Shown: positions 1 through 15,418 of the stretch, one piece after another | Position numbering within the stretch: position 1 is the stretch's first letter | Layout of the letters: the number at the start of each line of letters is the position of its first letter | Origin: Octopus vulgaris | Lineage: Eukaryota | Assembly (NCBI GenBank): GCA_951406725.2 | Contig: OX597814.1 | Span: forward strand, 65,472,001 to 65,536,000 | Length of the DNA stretch: 64,000 nt | Reading direction: 5' to 3' | Position numbers and translations under genes: made by a program | Notes under the pieces: generated by a model | What the model saw: only the letters and a program-made list of their open reading frames with translations | Told to the model about the DNA's origin: nothing | The model's database searches: none

Positions 1-54
1 TCAGCTATAGAGTTAGCATGAGAAAAACCAAATTCCTTTATAATTGTGTGTTAA

Positions 55-157
<103 letters not shown>

Positions 158-580
158 GGGTGTGTGTATGTATGTATGCATGTATATGTGTATGTATGTA
201 TGTATGTATGTATATATATATATGTAACCTATATAGTAGATATATAAACAGGGCAAATGCACTATTTCTCCATAGATTGTAAAAATGATGAACACTCTTA
301 ATGGATTTTCAAAACTTGTGTTCTCACCAGAGATGTCTACATCAATTTGACCACTCCAGGGAAACAAGCAGCCAATCTGTTCATATACTCATCGAATCCA
401 ATAGCTACAGACATGGCTGTATTTGAGAATAAAATTATTTCTTTCTGTATCATTCAAAGCATCTCAACGCTTTGAAAGCAAACTTTGTTTGTTGACTCTC
501 AATGTAAGTTGTATTTAGCGCACGATAGCGTCTTATAAAGCTACTTATATATCCTAAAATTACAGAAGAATTTGTCGCTG

Positions 581-651
581 AGCAGTTTAGCTTAATGTTA
601 AAGCACTTGACGCGTAATCACAGGGATGTGAGTTCGAGTCTCATGGCTGGC
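581..651 (+). pseudogene. tRNA-like sequence (Thr-CGT-like pseudogene or SINE head)
   Basis: A-box-like TAGCTTAATG, anticodon arm TTGA-CGCGTAA-TCAC, T-arm ATGTGAG-TTCGAGT-CTCAT with B box, imperfect acceptor stem; mismatches argue against a functional tRNA. Confidence 0.55.
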
Positions 652-775
652 CGCCGACAGATTTTCTGCAAAATATGGATAGTTTATCCTGTTACGGCTA
701 TATTATTAGCATTATCCTGCGTTTGAAATAAAATTATTTCCTTATATAAAATATTTCCTTATATATATATATGCA

Positions 776-837
<62 letters not shown>

Positions 838-861
838 TGTGTGTGTGTGAAAGTAAAAGTA

Positions 862-1550
862 AAAGAAGAAAATAAAGGACTTTAAGATGGAAAAAAAGAA
901 ATATGTACCGGTTTCTGTCGTTTAAAGTGATATCTTCATTCCGAAAAATATTGAAAGGTATTAAATTAAAGTTTCACAATAATCTGTTCTGGGAGTTCAA
1001 ATATATGTCTTGGTGCCCTGCTGATTGCGAGCTGGTAACGGGTAACGGGTAGGTTTAATGCTAATGGGAGGAGGGACATTAGTAGTGACAATAACAGTTA
1101 CTGGCTGGTATCATTATGTGACAGTGGTAACAGTAATAAATAAGTCTGTTGATAGTAGGAAGAGGGATGACAGCAGCTACAACAATAAATAAACTTCCCT
1201 TTGACTTATAACAGTAAACAAGTTAATACTAGAGTCGGTCTGTAGCAATGTCTCTAACTCTAACCTAACAGTAGTCGTAGAGATGACGCTACGGCGGCTG
1301 TATCGTAGGTGTTGGCTGTTCTTGTTTCTCTTTCTTTACCATAAATATTTAGACAGGTTGGTATCTGATAGTAAAGGATGGTTTTTGTTAGGTCTACTCC
1401 TTCCAGAACTGATTATTATGATAGTTTAATTTAAATTCTTTCAATATTTCAATTTATATTCCGGTGTGAAGACGTAATCTTAAACAACCGAAATCGTTAG
1501 AGATTATCTTCCTGCTTTCCATAAGGTCCTCCAAATATGTTCTTCTTTTC
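862..1550. mobile_element. Degenerate foldback element, Penelope-like terminal remnants
   Basis: ~862-970 is a diverged inverted copy of ~1425-1550; arms carry a decayed hammerhead-like motif (minus strand TGAAGA...GAAACCGGTA). Confidence 0.5.
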
Positions 1551-2454
1551 CTTAATTTTTCAATATATATTTATTCGTGGGTGTCCTTTTAACGCTTTAA
1601 ACACGGTATATATGTGAGAATGTATGTGTGTGTATATATATATGCATGTATGTATGAATGTATGTATGTATGTATGTATGTATAGATAAATAGATTGATA
1701 GATAGATAGATAGATTAACACTTGATTCTTACTCTATCTCTTTCCACGTCTACTCTTACTCTACCACTTTTCCACACTTTCTCTTTCCACCCATGTTTTC
1801 TTCCCTTGTACCTTTCTCTTCTCTCTCTTTCACTGTGTTTCTCCACTCTCTCTGTTCCTTCATCCCCTCTCTCTGTATCCCAGTCTTTTCCCCTCTATAG
1901 GCTTCCTCTGACCTACCACATGACCGGTGTCCAGTGAAGGCGGTATCGTTCTTTTTCGCCCTGATTTGTCCGGACTGGTCGTGCTAGTCTATGCTCCTGC
2001 TACACCATCTCACCCTGCGTTACCCCACTTAGTTCGTTTGATAGCTGCAAAGCTTTTTCTATTGTGTTTGTGCTATAATTATTATTTAATATTTTTTTTC
2101 TTCTTGTGTAAAATATAGCTGTAAGTCTTCGCGTTGTTATATATGCATAACTCTTCGTATGTTGTATTTGTATATCTCGTTTGTTTCTGTTTCAGTATAC
2201 ATTTACTAGCTTTTTCCTAGTAGCTTAATAACTGCACTGGCACCTCCAAGATTGAGTGGTCATTGACTGACGAGGAAAATTCGAATATTCTGTGTATCGT
2301 GTCTTTGTCTATATTCTCCGTCCATTAAGTTTTCATCTTAGTTCCTATTTGCTTTGCTTTCATCTAACTTTTTCTCCTTGTTGTGCTCTATCTGCTCAAT
2401 CTTTGATACATATATACATACATGCATACATACATACATACATACATACATACA

Positions 2455-2488
<34 letters not shown>

Positions 2489-2654
2489 CATACATATGTA
2501 TATACATACAAATATACATACAAGGCATAAAGTCAGGTGTTAGTTATAAATTTATTTTATCACGTGACTTTCATAGGATTACGACAGGCTTGCAACCATC
2601 TTCGTGTCGTGTTTATTTCAGCATGCAAGAAAATGTGGAGGTTTTGTTCTTAGT

Positions 2655-2750
2655 ATGTCGCACTTATGATTGTGAGATTGTTGTTTCAATTCCCGGACCG
2701 GACGGTGTGTTGTCTTCTTGAGCAAAACACTTCATTCCTCGTTGCACATC
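2655..2750 (+). mobile_element. tRNA-derived SINE fragment
   Basis: TTCAATTCCCGGACCGG...TTGAGCAAAACACTTCATT is shared with copies at 22752 and 62480. Confidence 0.6.
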
Positions 2751-4894
2751 ACAAAATCCCGGATACCGACTTTGTGATCCTGTGGTACGGGAAGGACCGT
2801 TGACCCTTTTTCTTTCGTGTAAGAAATTATACGTACACGTTTGCATCTGTATGCTCGGTATTGTACAAAAGAATTATATATTCACAAATTAAGGCAACTT
2901 CAGAAAGTTACCTTATCAGATCGAAACATTTTAGTTACATCAGCAGTTCAAGTATATATGTACAGAGAAAATTTTCTCTTTACATTTACAATGTATGGGA
3001 GGTCAGAATTGGAAAATAATTGCATCGATTTGATCAATAAAATGTAAACAGGAAAAACACTATACAAAAATTCTTCGCATATGAATGCCCTCCGATTACT
3101 TAAGTTAAAATGCCAGATAGAAATTAAGGAATTTACTATCCTTAATTTAAGCGAAATAACAACAGATAAAATAACAAATGAAATATAAATATATACGTAA
3201 ATATTTTTAAAGTTTACGTGGACTGATAACGGTGTCCGTAGGAGGAGCTTACCCCTATAGACGAACCATTCACTGAAACCATTTTATATGACACTTTCGT
3301 TTATTTATATATATATGTGTGTGTGTGTGAGTGTGTGTGTGTGTGTGTGTGAGTGTGTGTGTGTATGAGTGTGTGTGTATATGCATATGTACCTGTGTAT
3401 GCTTGTAAGCATATGAATGTATGTATATACATGCATGCATATATACATACACACACACATATATCATTAGACAGGTTTGGGAACTTGTACAACTTTGTGA
3501 AACCCTTAATATTTTTACCGATTTTATTATTATAATGAACTAAATATTATGTACTGAATTACATATGCATACATACTTGGTGGTTCGTTTACGAAAGTAT
3601 TTTTAAGTAAATTATTGTTACTCTCATCATCTCACCTTACTCGCTTTTATCTTGCTTCTTTCTTTGCTACATGTTATTCCTCTCATATACGTACGTTCTG
3701 ACATACACGTGTACCTTTCTATCTTTCTCTCTTTCTTTCATTACCCTGTGTCTTTCTTTTTCACTGCTTGACATTTTCATCTCTAAATTCTCTATGTACC
3801 TTACAGCTACCTGTACATATACATACTCACAATGCGTGAACACACACATACACATACATGCATAAGCAGATAAATACATATACTCACACACATACAAACA
3901 CACACAATTTTACTCACAGATACACCTAAATAGTTCCAACCTTTCTTTTTCGCATCGTTGTCCTCACAGTTTTCTCTTTCTCTACTTCTCTTCTCAGTTC
4001 TAATTCGATGATGGTAAATAATTGACAACACACTGTTTTTAAGTGTATTTTTTCAAATTTATTCAACCACAGAAACTTTGAACCCAATTATTTCTTGTTT
4101 TAGAAATAATTCAAAATTTATTGAAAAATACACAGATGAATATATGGAGGGGGGGAAAAAGCGAAATGAACTGGTAGAATAGTTAGAGCACCGGAAATAT
4201 TTCTCCCGGGGACCTTTACACTCTGATTTCAAATCATTCCCACGTACATTTTTCCCCTTAGCTTTTTACACTTTTCGATAGTTGTCCTTTGCTTCTACTT
4301 TTTGAGTTTCAGTCCTTCCAGGACTTTCCATCCTTTGCCCAACAGATTTACCCTTTATTCTTTCTTCACAAGTTATAATTCACTCCAAACTACATACAAA
4401 TACCCTTGCTAGTTACCCTTACGATTTGAACAAGGGAATAAAGGCATTTTCACACTTGGGCTATAGCTTAAGTTTATATTACATGAATTATTTTCTACTC
4501 GCTGTTTTGAATTTCGTAATTATGTCTGGATTTTCTCAGTAAGCTTACAAAAGGAATTCTAGAAATAAGGAAAGTCAGTGGCTAAGTCGAGGATTTTCAG
4601 AATATTCCCTTTTATATTTTCACATTCCTTAATGATTTGCTTCTGAATATTAGTTGTTCATCTCTTTGCCGGTGAGATTTGGACATCATTATCTTTTAGG
4701 TTAATAGGATTCTGTTACTATAATCATCAGTTTGGTTATATTGTGGCGTGGGTTTTGTTAATTCTGGTGTTACCATAGCTTTTTGTATATTGCACATTAA
4801 ATTTAAAGTGTGTCTCTTCCCAAAGTGTATTAAAGCACAACATTATTCTGAATGATACTTAACCGTTAACAATTCCTACAAAACATGTGTACAT

Positions 4895-4936
<42 letters not shown>

Positions 4937-5245
4937 GTATATATGTGTGTGTGTATGTATGTATATATAAATATATATATATGTATGTATGTATATATAT
5001 ACATGCATACCTATCGAAAAATAAGTATTTTCTACACAGTTAGAAATAGAACGAAATGAAGCTAAATGTGAGAGAGAATATATTATAGTAGTTTGAAAAA
5101 TGGAATATAGATATTTTCAAATTTACTTAGCTTGTATTATCATTCAATAAGCTTGCAATCCATATATAACACTTAGCTTCCCTTCACAGTTTACTATGAA
5201 TATTGAGTGCCTGACTGTGGCACAGCGCATTAAACACCAGAGTTT

Positions 5246-5360
<115 letters not shown>

Positions 5361-7660
5361 TGAAAAAAATCAGTTTTATTCCGTACTATCATTATGTTCA
5401 TGAGAAAGCCTGTACCATAATATCAGAAAGAATATGATTTCATTTAGAACGATTCCGGCCTATTTATTTCTACAATGGAATCTGAGCGACATAAAACACA
5501 GCATGAGCGATATGCAGTTGAACAGAGAAATAGAGAGCGTGGTTAAATGGCTTGTAATTCATTGCTTTGAACAAAATATTGGTTTTAAATTTTGGTACAG
5601 GACCAGCGAACTTAAAGGGACAGGTAAGATTCTGGCTTATCGCTGCCATGCTTAGGCAGAAAATGTTTTCTTATTGTAAAATTCCTTTTTAAAGTAACTC
5701 TCTATATAGCCAGTTGGTTTCCTGAAATGAGTAGCAAGTTATTCATGTAACCTACTGTTTTAAAGAAGATAAATATAATGGATAAGAATGATAAACATAT
5801 GCAAGTATATCTAAATAGACTAGACAAGGGGAAGGTGCAAAAACGTGTACCTCAACGTAATATTTATGTAGACTCATCGTGACACGGTATCTTGTGACTG
5901 TGACAAAGTTGTAGGTTTGAATGCAGGCACAACCCCTCTGATGGTCACCCAACCAATTTCTTTTTTATCTAATTTCAATCAGAACAGATGAGTCGAACCG
6001 ACAACCAGGGTAAAAAGCACTTCCCAAATATACGGTTGGATCGAAATGGGACTGCTTGCTTACCAAACGAGTTTTTTAATCACTTCGTCATTGCGAGTCC
6101 ATAACTTGTGCTACGCAACAACGAATATAAGTGGATGGGTATGTGCGATAATGTGAAACAAGTTATAGATTAACGAACGTGAAGGCTTCTACTCAACTGA
6201 CCTGCTAGAAGCAGTAGCTAAGTCTAACACATAAGTTTCGTTCAAATCATAAACTACTGCCTTAGATAAATGGTGAAAAAGACAGATTCTACAATCTTAA
6301 AGTCTCTAAGACACTAAAAATTCTTTTACAAAACGTAAATTATCCTAGTTTTCAGTCTCATGGCAAATCTCCACTCAAGTACTCGCTTGTTCCTTTCATT
6401 AATTCCGAATAAAATGATGTCGGTGAATGTTAATAACGTTTCTCAAGTTGTGGTATCAGGTCCTGGTGACACCTTTGATACTAGTGAGTCTTATCTATTT
6501 CATCTGATTGCATCTCCAGAATATTTTCATATATAAAGTCCACTTTAGAATATACGACTATACCTTCTCACTGAACAGCTGGTGAAGAAGACACTATATT
6601 TTATGTCTTTCGCCTATCTGATAAACATACCTAAGTTCGTTCCCGTAAGGTACAGTATCTGTTCTTCAACAGAATATTAAATAAGCCCTGTCTTAACGTA
6701 TTACATTGTATATAAATTTACTATCAATACATTGTAAAAGAAAATAAAAATAACAAAAGGAACCTTTACGGTACTCGTTTTATAAATGTTTCGTTCACAT
6801 TTTTTCTTTCTTACTCTTTTTTGAAGCATAAATTCATAGGTCTTCGTAACATTCATTCATTGCTAATAATGCCCATTATATATTTAACTTCGTTCTTTAG
6901 TTTCAAATGAAGAAAGTAGCTTCAAATTCGAACTTATGGCAGAAGAAATATTATAGTTAACAATGATTTCTAATTCAGACAATGTCGTACCTCTGAGGCC
7001 AAAGGCATTAGCGATTCTATCAGCGTAATTTGCTCACTGGTACCTATCATATTGACCTATAAATGAAGTTGATTCCAGCTTAGCATAGATTCGACCTCTG
7101 CATGTAATGAGACACAACCGAATATCGCAAGGCATGTTCTCCTCCATCATGTAATAAAATTGATATTGGTTATTTTTACATTAACACAGGTTCACATATA
7201 TTTAACGAATGGAAGTATCCAGTAATACACGCACACACGCAAACACACACACACACACACACACACATGAGTATGTGTGTGTGAGTGTGTACATATGTGT
7301 ACATTATATATGTGAGTGTGTTTCAACATACATTGAATGTATGTGTGGTGGTGAGTGTGTGCATGTGTGTATGTTTCTGCATGCAAGTGTACATGAATGG
7401 CTTCTGTGAAGTATTTTTACCTGTCCTCTCAAAATCAACATTCCTGCGGTTTGTTTACCAGGATCTAATTTAAGACAAACAAGTTGTGTATTTATTTTAT
7501 TACCATTGTTTATTGGGAAAGACAGTGGTGCTTGTGATTATATTTAACGAGGAAATTTCGGAACAGATGCAATAGAGTTATAATTGAAACAAACAGACAT
7601 ACATAGACCATCACACACTTGAAACTTATTTCTCTCATTCTCTCTCTCTCTCTTTCTCTT

Positions 7661-7710
<50 letters not shown>

Positions 7711-8184
7711 CCTCTCTCTCCCTCTCTCACTTTCTCTCTCACTATCTATCTGCCGATCTTCCTACCTGTTTATCTGCTTGTCTCTTCTTTTCTGCAAGTG
7801 TGTATTTGTGTATGTTTGCGTGAGTTTAAGAGAGTGTATAGGCGAGATTGTCAGTGTATTTTAGTTGTATCCAATTAAAAAGACTTAAGTATTAATTTCG
7901 CTCTCGCTTTTCCCCTCTCGATCTTTGTCTTGCTTCACACCCACACTCACACACAAACGTGTGTGTGTGTTACGTATATGTATATGTGTGTGTAGTGAAT
8001 ATGTATACATAGAATGTGTATATATGTATATATATTATATATATATATGTATGTATAAAGAGAGAGAGAGAGAGAGAGAGAGAAAGAGTGTAAGAGAAAG
8101 AGAGAGACAGAGAGAATGACAGAGAAAGAGAGAGTGAGAGATAGCAAACATATAGACAGACGGATAGACAGATAGATAGATTGT

Positions 8185-8221
<37 letters not shown>

Positions 8222-8442
8222 TGATAGATAGATAGATACTTACATATATACATACATTCATACATGCTTACATAAATAAATAGATTGATTCTATATTTAA
8301 TTTAATTTAATTCAAACAATGTATTTAAAAGAATTTTTATATATATATACATATATATACATAAACACACACACACTTATATGTATGTGTACAATGTGTA
8401 CACACATTCATATATGTGAGAGGCTGGTGTACATGGTTTTAT

Positions 8443-8473
<31 letters not shown>

Positions 8474-11094
8474 GAGAAAAGACAAAATATGAACCAAATT
8501 AGCTTTTATAGAATCAAACTGAAGAGTAAATCAACACTCTTGAAAACTTTTCTAAAATACATAAATTAAGTAACAAGAATTTAGTAGGAAGTAAAAGAAA
8601 TAATAAATTTGGAGAAAATAAATTTGAAATGATTAGAGGAAACACAAGAATTCAAAATTAAATACGCTTCAAAAAAAACTGCAAGAGTTTGAAACTGAAA
8701 CTAATTCCCCATGCTTGTTATATATACTATTTTCTGTATATTTTCTTTCCTATTTCTTCCTTTCTAAAAATAGTAAAGTGTTTTACTCTAAAATGTGTTA
8801 AATTTAGGTGGCAATGACCAATTAGAAAGTATGTTTTTTTATGCAAATGATTACAATATGAGAAAAAATAAATGTTGAAATAAATTCAAATCATAACCGA
8901 ATTCTTTATAAAATATTTTGCAAATTAAATAAAGATTTCAAAAAATTAACAAGAGCTGATATTAGTGAAAGAACTTCTGTTTAGGGCGGCGTGTTGCCAT
9001 TTTTAGGGTAATTAGTGGTTTTCACCCAGAATATTGTCGATAACCTGCGGTGTTTATTTTATTACAAAAGTCGGCGAAGCATTCCTTAAAAGAATGATAT
9101 CAAATGTGCTTTATTCATGCTGATGTCTGTTGTTGATTTATTATTATATTTCAAAATGTCGTTTTAGTCTTCTGTTTCATCCTCTCTTCATTGATTGTTT
9201 TGTTCATATTTTAAAAAATGATGTTTTTTCATTTAGTTTTCCTTTTGTTCAATCATTTTATTGCATTTCTTTCATTTTATTTCTTTGTTATTTTGTGTTT
9301 TCTTTGTGTTCAGGTCTTAAACACAATAATTATTGTGTGGAATTTATTCAATATTTATTCGATTGGGGATTGTGTTGAGTAGCCCACCGATCTCTCTGTC
9401 TATCTCTCCACCTTTCTTACTTTCTCCGTCTGTCTCTGTGTGTCTGTCTGTCTGTCTTTCTGTCTGCCTGTCTCTCTCTCTCTCTCTCTATCTAATGTAC
9501 CATAAGAGTACGGCTTGAGGTTTTGTGTCTCAGATCGCGTGATTTTGTTACACATCTTTTCTATCATTCTACCATTTTCCACTTCTTCATATTATACATT
9601 TTATTCGATATAGCTTGTATTTTAGAAAAAGACAGATTTAAAGCACTACTTAAAAGCTTGTTATTGAAGACATAATGGAAATATTTTTGATGAAGTTACT
9701 TATCAGCGTATAATACTATATAAATCAGTAGAAACTGAATGCCAGTAAATGGTTTAGTGGTAAATCATTTGATTAAGCATTAATATTTAATAATAACAAT
9801 TGTCTGTCATCAAAATGTATTAACAATACACAAAGAGAAATAGAATTATATTATTCTGCTATTCACTCACCTTGCTATTTATTCACCCGTTTGGCATTAT
9901 ATTTATTAAAGTCTGTTTTAATTGTATAGAATTCCATGCCTAAGGTGGATGACGAAAGAAATGCATTTATTATAAAAGGATTACTAATACTTTTCTTGGT
10001 ATCTTAGTAAAATTAGAATAGTAATTTGTACATTGATTCACAATGCGTTGCATTCATGTTAGTTCTCATTTTCTTTTTTTTTGTTTACATTATAAATGAA
10101 AAAAAATCTACGCGTGCTTCCCCTTAAATCTAAAAAAATTAACGCTGTATTTCAAAGGAAAACACCATAGAGATTGCATACATTCCGCCATTTTAAGAGT
10201 ACAAAAGATATTCATAGTCACTCATATAAAAACACAAGTACACACGAATGTATACATAAATATAGAAACATACATGTGTACACGTATATTTGGTTAATAG
10301 TTTCAGTTTTTAATCACGGAGTTTCTGCGTTCGTTTCGAATGCGAAACCAAGTGCTTTCTTCATTAGCATCTCCTTCGGTATTCAGAGATTTTATTTTAT
10401 CTTTTTCAGATAAACTGTACTTGTCTTTTAAATATTTAGCTTCACGGAGGTGACTTCGGAATACCAAATCATGCTTCAGCGCAACATACGAGAAACTCTA
10501 TTAATCTAAATATTAAAAAGAAAAACTAGTGTTCAAAGGTCCTTTCGATCCGTAGGAACATAAGGCCGGCTTCCCAGATTCTCTGCATGTGTAACCTCTG
10601 GATGGAACATCGCTCTCTTGAAATCTTATTCGGTTTGCTTGCTGAGCGGACTGAAGCTACATGAAATGAAGTATTTTGTTAAATAACTCATCTCATTCCT
10701 CAGTCTATGAATCGAAACAACAATCTTATGATAAAAATCTCTGCAATCTCTGTCTACACTTTCACAAGCGTCTTTTTTCGTGTACATCGCTTGTTTCCAT
10801 CATCTCCAGAAATTTACGTCGTACGACGCTGAAAGATCCCTCCCTAGCAGGGGATCTCAGTTTAACCTCTAACTTAGTGAAATTTTCCCCATCTACCGGT
10901 ATCTTAGTGAATTCCGAGAATATGCAGTCGGACATAACTTAAGGCCTTGTTCTACAACAGATGTTCAAATCTTTCGACCGAGGATAACTTCCTCAACCTC
11001 AAAAAGCACAACTCTAAGTGGAAACCAAGTCTGGCCCTATTTCACTCGGTCGATTCCTTTGTCAACATATGCCGTTTCGATATACACGTCGTCA

Positions 11095-11475
11095 ATTTCA
11101 TCAGGCGATTAAGTATGAAAGTTAAAGTTGAGCCCGATGGCATTTGAACTCAGAACGTAAAGACGTACAGAGGAAGTGCTGCTAAGCATTTTGCCCGATG
11201 TGCCAATGATTTCACCAGCTCAGCGCCGTATAGCTACTAATAATGTATCGTAAGTCGGCGAGCTGGTAGAATCGATAGTACACCGGGCAAAATGCTTAGC
11301 AACATTTCATCCGTACGTCTTTAGGACCTGAGCTGAAATTGCAAAGGGGTCGACTTTACCTTTCATCATTTCAGTGTCGTTAAAATAAGTACTAAATGAT
11401 TACTGAGGTCCAGGTAATCGACTTACCCCACTCCCAAAATTGGTGGTCTTGTGGACAATTTAGAAACCAATATTA
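11095..11475. mobile_element. Head-to-head pair of tRNA-derived SINEs with Meta-domain-like core
   Basis: Minus copy ~11095-11230 and plus copy ~11255-11475: GGCGAGCTGGTAGAATCG...GTCGACTTTACCTTTCATC...AAAATAAGTAC; same family as 31845-32255, 43820-44218 and 53377-53780. Confidence 0.75.
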
Positions 11476-11848
11476 ATATATCGTTTTGTTATTCTTTTAC
11501 TCTTTTATTCTCCCACTTGTTTCAGTCATTTTGATTGCGGTCATGTTGGAGCAATCAAGTCAAATGGTTCTCAGATCATTCTCTAGTTTGCCAAAACCGA
11601 AAATATTCACTGAAAAATGTCACCATAGATTTTATATGAATGATAAACGCACGTTTAATATTAGATTATAATTAATCATAACTTTGATTTGAAGAAACAC
11701 CAAACCAAACACTATCAGATAATGGCGGAAAGAACTTGAGAAAATATATACGCGCATATATATATTTATCAATGTTTAGCAGAGGTAAGAGAGTGACTCA
11801 AGAGATGAGAATTTCTTGCGTCAGTACATATCAAACTGTTAATAAAAC

Positions 11849-11958
<110 letters not shown>

Positions 11959-11975
11959 ACACACACACACACACA

Positions 11976-12125
11976 CTTTTATTCTTTTATTCTTTTACTT
12001 GTTTCAGTCATTTGACTGAGGCCATGCTGGAGCACCGCCTTTAGTCGAGCAAATCGACCCCCAGGACTTATTCTTTGTAAGCCTAGTACTTATTCTATCG
12101 GTCTCTCTTGCCGAACCGCTAAGTG
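11976..12125 (-). mobile_element. 3' part of CORE-like SINE family
   Basis: TTGTTTCAGTCATTTGACTG.GGCCATGCTGGAGCACCGCC is shared with ~11500, 44340 and 47725, and reverse-matches 13950-14085. Confidence 0.75.
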
Positions 12126-12329
12126 ATATATATATACAAATATGTATGCATATCTATCTATCTAGCTCGCTAGCTATATATATATATATATATATACATA
12201 TATATAGTCAATTCGATGGAGTTATAACCTCGTCAGGATTATGTAATCCAAGAAATTCAACTGGTTAATCCCTATCTTATAATGCGAAAGTCACTTGCAT
12301 ATGTTAGGGCTTATTGTAATTATATATAT

Positions 12330-12906
12330 TAGTAGCAGAGATGATTTCAGATTAAGAATTTTGATGACGGTTCTTTCCCTGTTTACAAACCTTAATGAAA
12401 ATCATAATCATGACATATTTATCCCATACTATTCATCTGCATGCCCATATTCCAAAATCCAAATCTTATAAAACCTATTCAAAGGCTTTTGCTCCTGAAA
12501 AATGGAGCACATGGAGCTCTCAAATGTGGGAGTTAAGACCCCTAAGAGGGGAAGGGGTCTTAAAGTCAGCGATAGAAGTTGAATTGTTGGGAATCTTTTT
12601 TAACTTGGGTCTTATAATCTATTGTTCAAATTTCTTTGAAATAAAAAGTAAATGAATGTTTACTTGGTTTATAAAAGAGAGCAAAGCTAGAGGAGATCAA
12701 GAGACGAATGTTGACAATAAGCAGTCACCTATCCAACCCAAGATGTTACCACTCCATTCAGTAAATTAGGTCCATGAAATTGTATGAAACATACGGCATT
12801 ACCTTTCTCCCTAGGTTTGAATTTCTTGTTCCAAATTTCATTAGGATCGGTGCAGTAGTTTTCGAGTCTATAAATAACCTACGAGAACGCAGGAAGACAT
12901 TGACTT

Positions 12907-12912
<6 letters not shown>
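12330..12912 (+). mobile_element. Non-autonomous Helitron/Helentron-like element
   Basis: CCAAATTTCATTAGGATCGG...AGTTTT subterminal motif resembling Lep1/HINE-type elements and the 15.4-kb units; ends at (TA)n. Confidence 0.5.
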
Positions 12913-12989
<77 letters not shown>

Positions 12990-13099
12990 CATACATGTTT
13001 GTATTATGCATGTGTGTGTATCATATATACACACACACGAAGATAGATTGATAGATACAATTGAGTGGGGAAACAATGATATGAAACACTGCCTTGAAG

Positions 13100-13419
13100 G
13101 ACTTTTTGTCGAATGAATCGACCCCACTGCTTTTTATTTATTTTGATAAGCCTGGTCTTTTTGTGAAAACAGTAAGTTATGGGGATGTAAATAAACCTAT
13201 ACCAGTTGTCATGCAGTGATGAGGGCGAAACACACACATACACGTATATATACGTATATATACGATTGATTTCTTTAAGTTTTTGTCCACCAAATCCACT
13301 CACAAGGCTTCCGTTAGTCAGAGGCTATAGCAGAAGACACATGCCAAGTTAACACAGCGCGACTGAATCCAGGACCATGTGTTTGGAACCAAGTTTCTTA
13401 CCACACAGCCACACCAGCA

Positions 13420-13468
<49 letters not shown>

Positions 13469-14085
13469 GTGTATGTATTTATGTGTGTATATGTATATAT
13501 ATATGCATATTTATATATATATATAAATATATATATGCATGTATATCTGTATATATATATTTGTACATATTACATATTCATCCATATATATATATATATA
13601 TATACATGTATATACAGTGGTGTCGAATGGACGCCTGACGGACTGGTCGGTCAAGGTGATCAAGGTGATACATAATATATGCGCAGGACTGGCTGTGTGG
13701 TAAGTAGCTTGCTTACATGGTTCTGAGTTCAGTCTTACTGTGTGGCACATTGAGCAAGTGTCATCTAATATATCCTCGAGCCGATGGAAGTCGTGTGAGT
13801 GAATTTGGTAGACGGAAACCGAAAAAAGCCCGTCCTATATATATATATATATATATATATATAGATATTTATATATATAAGTGTGTGTGTATGTTTGCAT
13901 GTCTGTATTTGTCTCCCGCAACATCGCTGGACAACCGATGGTGGTTTGTTTACATCCCCCGTAACCTAGCGGTTCAGCAAAAGATACCGATACAATAAGT
14001 ACTTGGCTTACAAAGAATAAGTCCTGGGCAGTGTTCCAGCACGTCTGCAGTGAAATAATTGAAACAAGTAAAATAAAAGAATAAA
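13100..14085. mobile_element. Two divergently oriented CORE-like tRNA-SINEs around a TA-rich spacer
   Basis: Plus copy 13681-14085 with head GCGCAGGACTGGCTGTGTGGTAAG...GTTCAGTC and CORE-like TTGAGCAAGTG; minus copy ~13100-13420. Confidence 0.75.
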
Positions 14086-14343
14086 ATAATATATACATAT
14101 TCATGCATGTTTGTACAAATATATACATGAGATAGTAGTTTCACTTTAATAGCTTCAGTATTAATAGTGAAACTATTAAACTGAAGGTCTTGGCTCGCAT
14201 TAGGCAAGAAGTTGAAAATTTTCTTTTAAAAGCAATACAATACAAATAAATTAATTAGAAGTTGTAAAGCTAAAAAAGAATACACACACACACATATATA
14301 TATATGTATATATATATATACATATACATCTATATGTATATAT

Positions 14344-14399
<56 letters not shown>

Positions 14400-15418
14400 G
14401 CATATATATGTATATATATACATATATATATGCACATATGCATATTATATATATATATACTCATATATAGTGATATGCGTAAGTGTGAGAGATAGAGTGT
14501 GAGAGAGTGAGAAAGTGAAAACCAGAGGAGTGAGAGAAGAGAGGGATGAAAATATGCACGTGGCTTTTACACTTACTACGACGAAAACAATGATTGTGAA
14601 ATTCCTTGCGTTTCTGTGTGCAGGTGAGAGCCAATATGGAGTATGTACAATTAGGAGGTTGCTAAAAGCTTTCAAGAAAATTCCTTGATTGAAGTCAACA
14701 AAAGCCTGGCGACTATTGCATTGATATAATATGAGTACTTCTGACATGTCTTATACTAAGACAAGGTGTTAACCTTGTCACTACTTATGCTCTTGTGTAC
14801 GTGGGTGTTTTGTGTTCTGTACATATGTGTCTATTTGCTTGTCCGTTTTCTGTGCATGTGATAGAATGCATGTCTCCGTGTATGTCACTCGTATGACAAA
14901 AGCGTGTCCAGCTGAATATAATGTATATGATTGACATTTGAAGAATATTTCGGGTCAGCTTCCGTGTTTCCTTTGTGTGTGTATTGTCTGTCCAACGCAC
15001 TGGTAATCATATGGAGAATAGGTTCGCAGATCAGAGGTTTGACCAGAGAAGCAACCGCCATCACCCGTCTGACAAACATGATAAGTGAATGAGATTGCTA
15101 ATACCATTCCTTGATTTTAATGATGAGTATGAATGTAAGTGATTTAATATTGGCCGAATTGACTATATGGAATGTACTTACACGTCAGATCTGCATGGAT
15201 TAAAGAATGAAAATTTTACACGATAGTCTCTCTACCTCTCTCTACCTCTCACACTCTCTCATTCACTCTCTCTTATGTACAAACACACACATACACACAC
15301 ACACACACACAGACACACACACACATATATATATATATGCATGTATGGGTAAATGCTTATAAGAGCATATAGGCATATGTGTGTGTGTGTGTATTTGTAT
15401 ATGCATATATATATATAT

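Noticed and set aside
2255-2320. CTGACGAGGAAAATTCGAAT hammerhead-like string
   Set aside because: GAAT instead of GAAA and no stem I/III partner found; at best a decayed relic
3215-3290. CTGATAA...hairpin...GAAACC
   Set aside because: Core is non-compensated (C3/A8) and stems do not close
14600-14630. Pyrimidine-rich tract followed by CAG|GTGAG (recursive-splice-like site)
   Set aside because: A single short motif with no host gene context; expected by chance
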